From Lama glama (taxonomy: Eukaryota), in NCBI GenBank assembly GCA_028534125.1, contig CM052832.1:17734001-17798000 (forward strand): a stretch of DNA of 64,000 nucleotides, in the 5' to 3' direction. Position numbers and translations under genes: made by a program. The notes beneath the pieces were generated by a model. It was not told the origin of the DNA. It worked only from the letters and a program-made list of their open reading frames with translations, and searched no databases. Positions 60,759 to 64,000 of the stretch are shown piece by piece; within the stretch, counting starts at the first letter, position 1; each line of letters opens with the position of its first letter.

Positions 60759-63700
60759 TATAAGTCAAAGCTGCCAAAGTTCATCCCAAAATTGTCTTCC
60801 TTACTAGCGCCACCCAGTATTATTTTATTATTATTTTGTTAGTATAGAAATGTGAATTTAATGAGATGGATGCAATTTTTGAATTATTATTCAAAGTGTA
60901 TTTTAATTTTGCTCCCTTATTCTACACCTCTCAGTACAGAGTGGTAAAGAAGGCTTCTGCTATGCCTGTTGCTATGAAGCTGTCAATAAAACAAGAATAC
61001 AGATAAATTCAGATATAAATATGAATGTGGAAAAATACTCAGATCTTCAAGGGAAAAAAACACGTTTCTGAAAGTGTATTTAGCATGCTTCCATGTGTTT
61101 ACATAAGGCAATGTAATATTATACATGTCAGTATTCTCACATGTATAAAAATTACCTGGAAGTGTGCAAAAGTGTTAAAGGTTGTTACCTCTGAGGAGTG
61201 GGAATGAAGAGAGAACAAATCATACTTTAATATTTAACTTTACTCCTGTTCAGTCTAATTTTTGGTAAACAAGTATTATAATACCTTTTCTTAACAAAAA
61301 TTATTATGTATTATATAATAACTTTAAATGTCTTATACTATACTGCATTTTACTATAAGGATCAACATTGTTTTAGACTTTAATACCATCAGAAAACAAA
61401 TCTTATATAAATGTAGTTTTTCTCTCTTAATAGATTCTTAAAACTGAGTCTGAATTAAGGCTCAACATGGAGGTTTTCTAAAGGCTGGATTATGGGAGCA
61501 TTGGGCACCTTATTGGCAAAAAAAAATAGTTGCCACTGATTATAAGAATTCTGGAAAGCAGGACAAATATGTAACTAGGATATTTAAATTTATATTGCCT
61601 AGATAAATATAAACAATTACCACCTGCCTTCCCGTATATTGGTTGACATTACACCTCCAGCTACTTACCAGGTTTTCTCACTCCATGACTAAGATTCAAG
61701 GATTCATAATGAGGAGTTTCAGCAAAGTCTTGGAAACTTTTTTTTAGCTTTTACTGTGGAAAGAGCATTGAGATACAAAAGAATGACAAAAATTGTAGTT
61801 CCTATCTTGCCACTAAGTCACCTGCACAACTGGGCAAGTTACTTGATGGCTTTGGAAAGCAATTTAATCTTCTGTAACATTGAGATTTTCTGTTTTTCAG
61901 TAAACATAAAAATTATTTATTTCTAAATTTTCTCAAGAAATTACCATGAATCTGTTAATGTATAAAAAGTTTTAAATACTACACTGGACTCCAATATTCC
62001 TGCTGGAGCATAAGAATAAATAATAGTAATTGTTTCACACAACATTGTAATTTGGCTTAGAACAGGGAGGGAAGTTTTGTTAGTTTGTTTGCATTTCGTG
62101 AGAGATTAATTCAGGCAGAAATTTGAATGAAGCTTGGAGAGGTTATTTTCCGAAGCTAGTACATAGCAGACTGAAGGTTAGAAAGCAAGACTGCTCTGCT
62201 GTAAAATTTAAATTTTCAACAGACATAACAAATGTATGCAAAGTAGAATTGTAGACAGATAAATGGAATTAAGAAACGGAAGCTGAGTCAAATTTTTCTA
62301 AGTGATATGATGATGAACAGTCCATGAGTGTTCAGAACACCCAAATTTCATTATGTCTTACAGAATAATTTTCAGAAAAGTGTTCTATATACCTTTATTC
62401 TAAGCATTAGAGATAGGATGATTTGTGTGTCTGTCCAAGAAGCTTTTAATTCTCATAGGACTAATTAGAAGCATACAGATTCAACAATCTCTTCATAAGC
62501 TGTTCAGTTATAAGATGATGAAGTTTGTTTAGGTCTTTGTTCCAGTCTTTAAGTGGCCAGCAGTAACTCCTGTTCCTGATGTTACTGAAGGGAAAAGGCT
62601 ACTCTCAAATTATGGGTAGAAATTCAAAGTGTCACTAGAGTTTTAGAAATAAGTAGGACAGTAAATCTTGAAAATACACATATATCCATCAACCTAGCAA
62701 TATCATGCATGGAAACCTATCCTATGGAACAAAATGATCAATATATGAAGACATAAGGCAAGAATTTTTATTGTAGCAATGTTTATAGTTGTGAAAGTTG
62801 GAGAAAAAATTTACTCCCTCAATGGGGAATTGCCTGAATAATAATCTACTCTAGTGATTTTCCTGTGATATTGCTGAGTAAGGAAATGAAGATGCAAGAG
62901 AGATTAAATAGCACGACCTTAACTATATAAAATAATGACTAAAGTGCTCTAAATATAATTTTATGTATTGTATGCCTATATAGGATTTTATGAAAATGAA
63001 GAAAAAGAAGGAAGGATATTTATTAAATGCTTAACATGGACAATCCGAAGAGAACAGAGGCATTTGTGAAAGAAGGAAAAGGCATCAAGTAAAACAAGAA
63101 AACAAAAAATTAAGACTTAATCCACCAAAAATAACATATACTATTTAAAAACTTCTCAAACTAATAGCAGTGCTTACCTCTGAGTGGGCATGAGGATGGG
63201 ATTAGTCAGGGGATAAATGATGTTTGTAATGTAGGTTTTCTTTTTTTTTTTTCCACAAGTTCTTATAATAGGTTATTTAAATAAAGAAAACAGTAGTTTA
63301 AAAGTAAAATAGAGGACCAAACAAATAAGAAAATATGAATAAAGTCTTTAGTTTGGTGAATAGACCAGGATAAGTAAACTCAAAATTTTCAGTAGTCCTT
63401 AAAGTGAAAAATTAAGAAATAATGCCCAGTTAACAAAGGCCTGGAAATAGGAAAGAATTTGCAGAGTTTAATAATAATAGTAATAATATCTCATTGGTAC
63501 TCACTGTCCTCACCAATGCCCTATAAAATAGCTACATTTTATCTTAATTTTGTTGATGTGGAAGCTGAGACATAGAGAAGTTAAACTTTCCTAAATTCAC
63601 AGAATATTTTAGGAAATCAGAGATACAGTATGAAATACACACTTTGGTTCATTTAAATTTAATTTCTCCTCCTTGGCTGGTGCCAACTTTCCCACCCTCC

Positions 63701-64000
63701 CCTTCTTACCCTCATTTCCCAGAAGGCTGCTTATTGGCATATCTCTGTCTTGCTTTGTAAGGAAAGGTCTCCCAGAATGTTAATTTACAGGATTATTTTC
63801 TGACCATCTAACAATTACTCTCTGAGAGAACGAAACAGGCATGGCCACAGAGTTCTTTTAGTGACAAGCCTTGCGGATTGAATTTCTCAGGGCTAGATCT
63901 CAGGAAGAACTTCCTATATAAGGAGGAACGAAGCACTGAGAGGGACAGACCTATAATAGGACATTAGGGAGCACCAAGTATTAAATACTGGAGAGACTAA

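Overview
Mammalian genomic DNA, very probably camelid: it carries tRNA-Ala-derived SINEs of the vic-1 type and artiodactyl-style L1 3' ends. The region is orthologous to the extended MHC class I zinc-finger/olfactory-receptor segment (human 6p22.1), shown here in reverse order. The left third holds an intact minus-strand ZNF165 (three coding exons giving 485 aa, with a CpG-island promoter) and two decayed SCAN-domain pseudogenes downstream of it. The rest is an OR family-2 cluster: an OR2B8/OR2B7-like 3' fragment cut by a 500-N assembly gap, an OR2W2-like ORF that has lost its ATG, an intact OR2W4-like gene and an intact OR2B6. L1, L2, MIR, ERVL/MaLR and MER2 repeats lie between them. I see no prokaryotic-type system and cannot support a claim of a wholly new biological system. 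The most interesting unexplained structures are: (1) a homeodomain plus O/E motif cluster at ~55.4-56.1 kb with a 12/13 match to the H/P-element 13-mer; (2) a ~500-bp inverted duplication bracketing the OR2W4-like gene that carries an exon-like unit; (3) a CRE plus RFX X-box candidate alternative promoter in ZNF165; (4) a solo LTR 1 bp after the OR2B6 stop codon. Gene names come from recalled protein similarity and synteny, not from a database search. Repeat boundaries are approximate.
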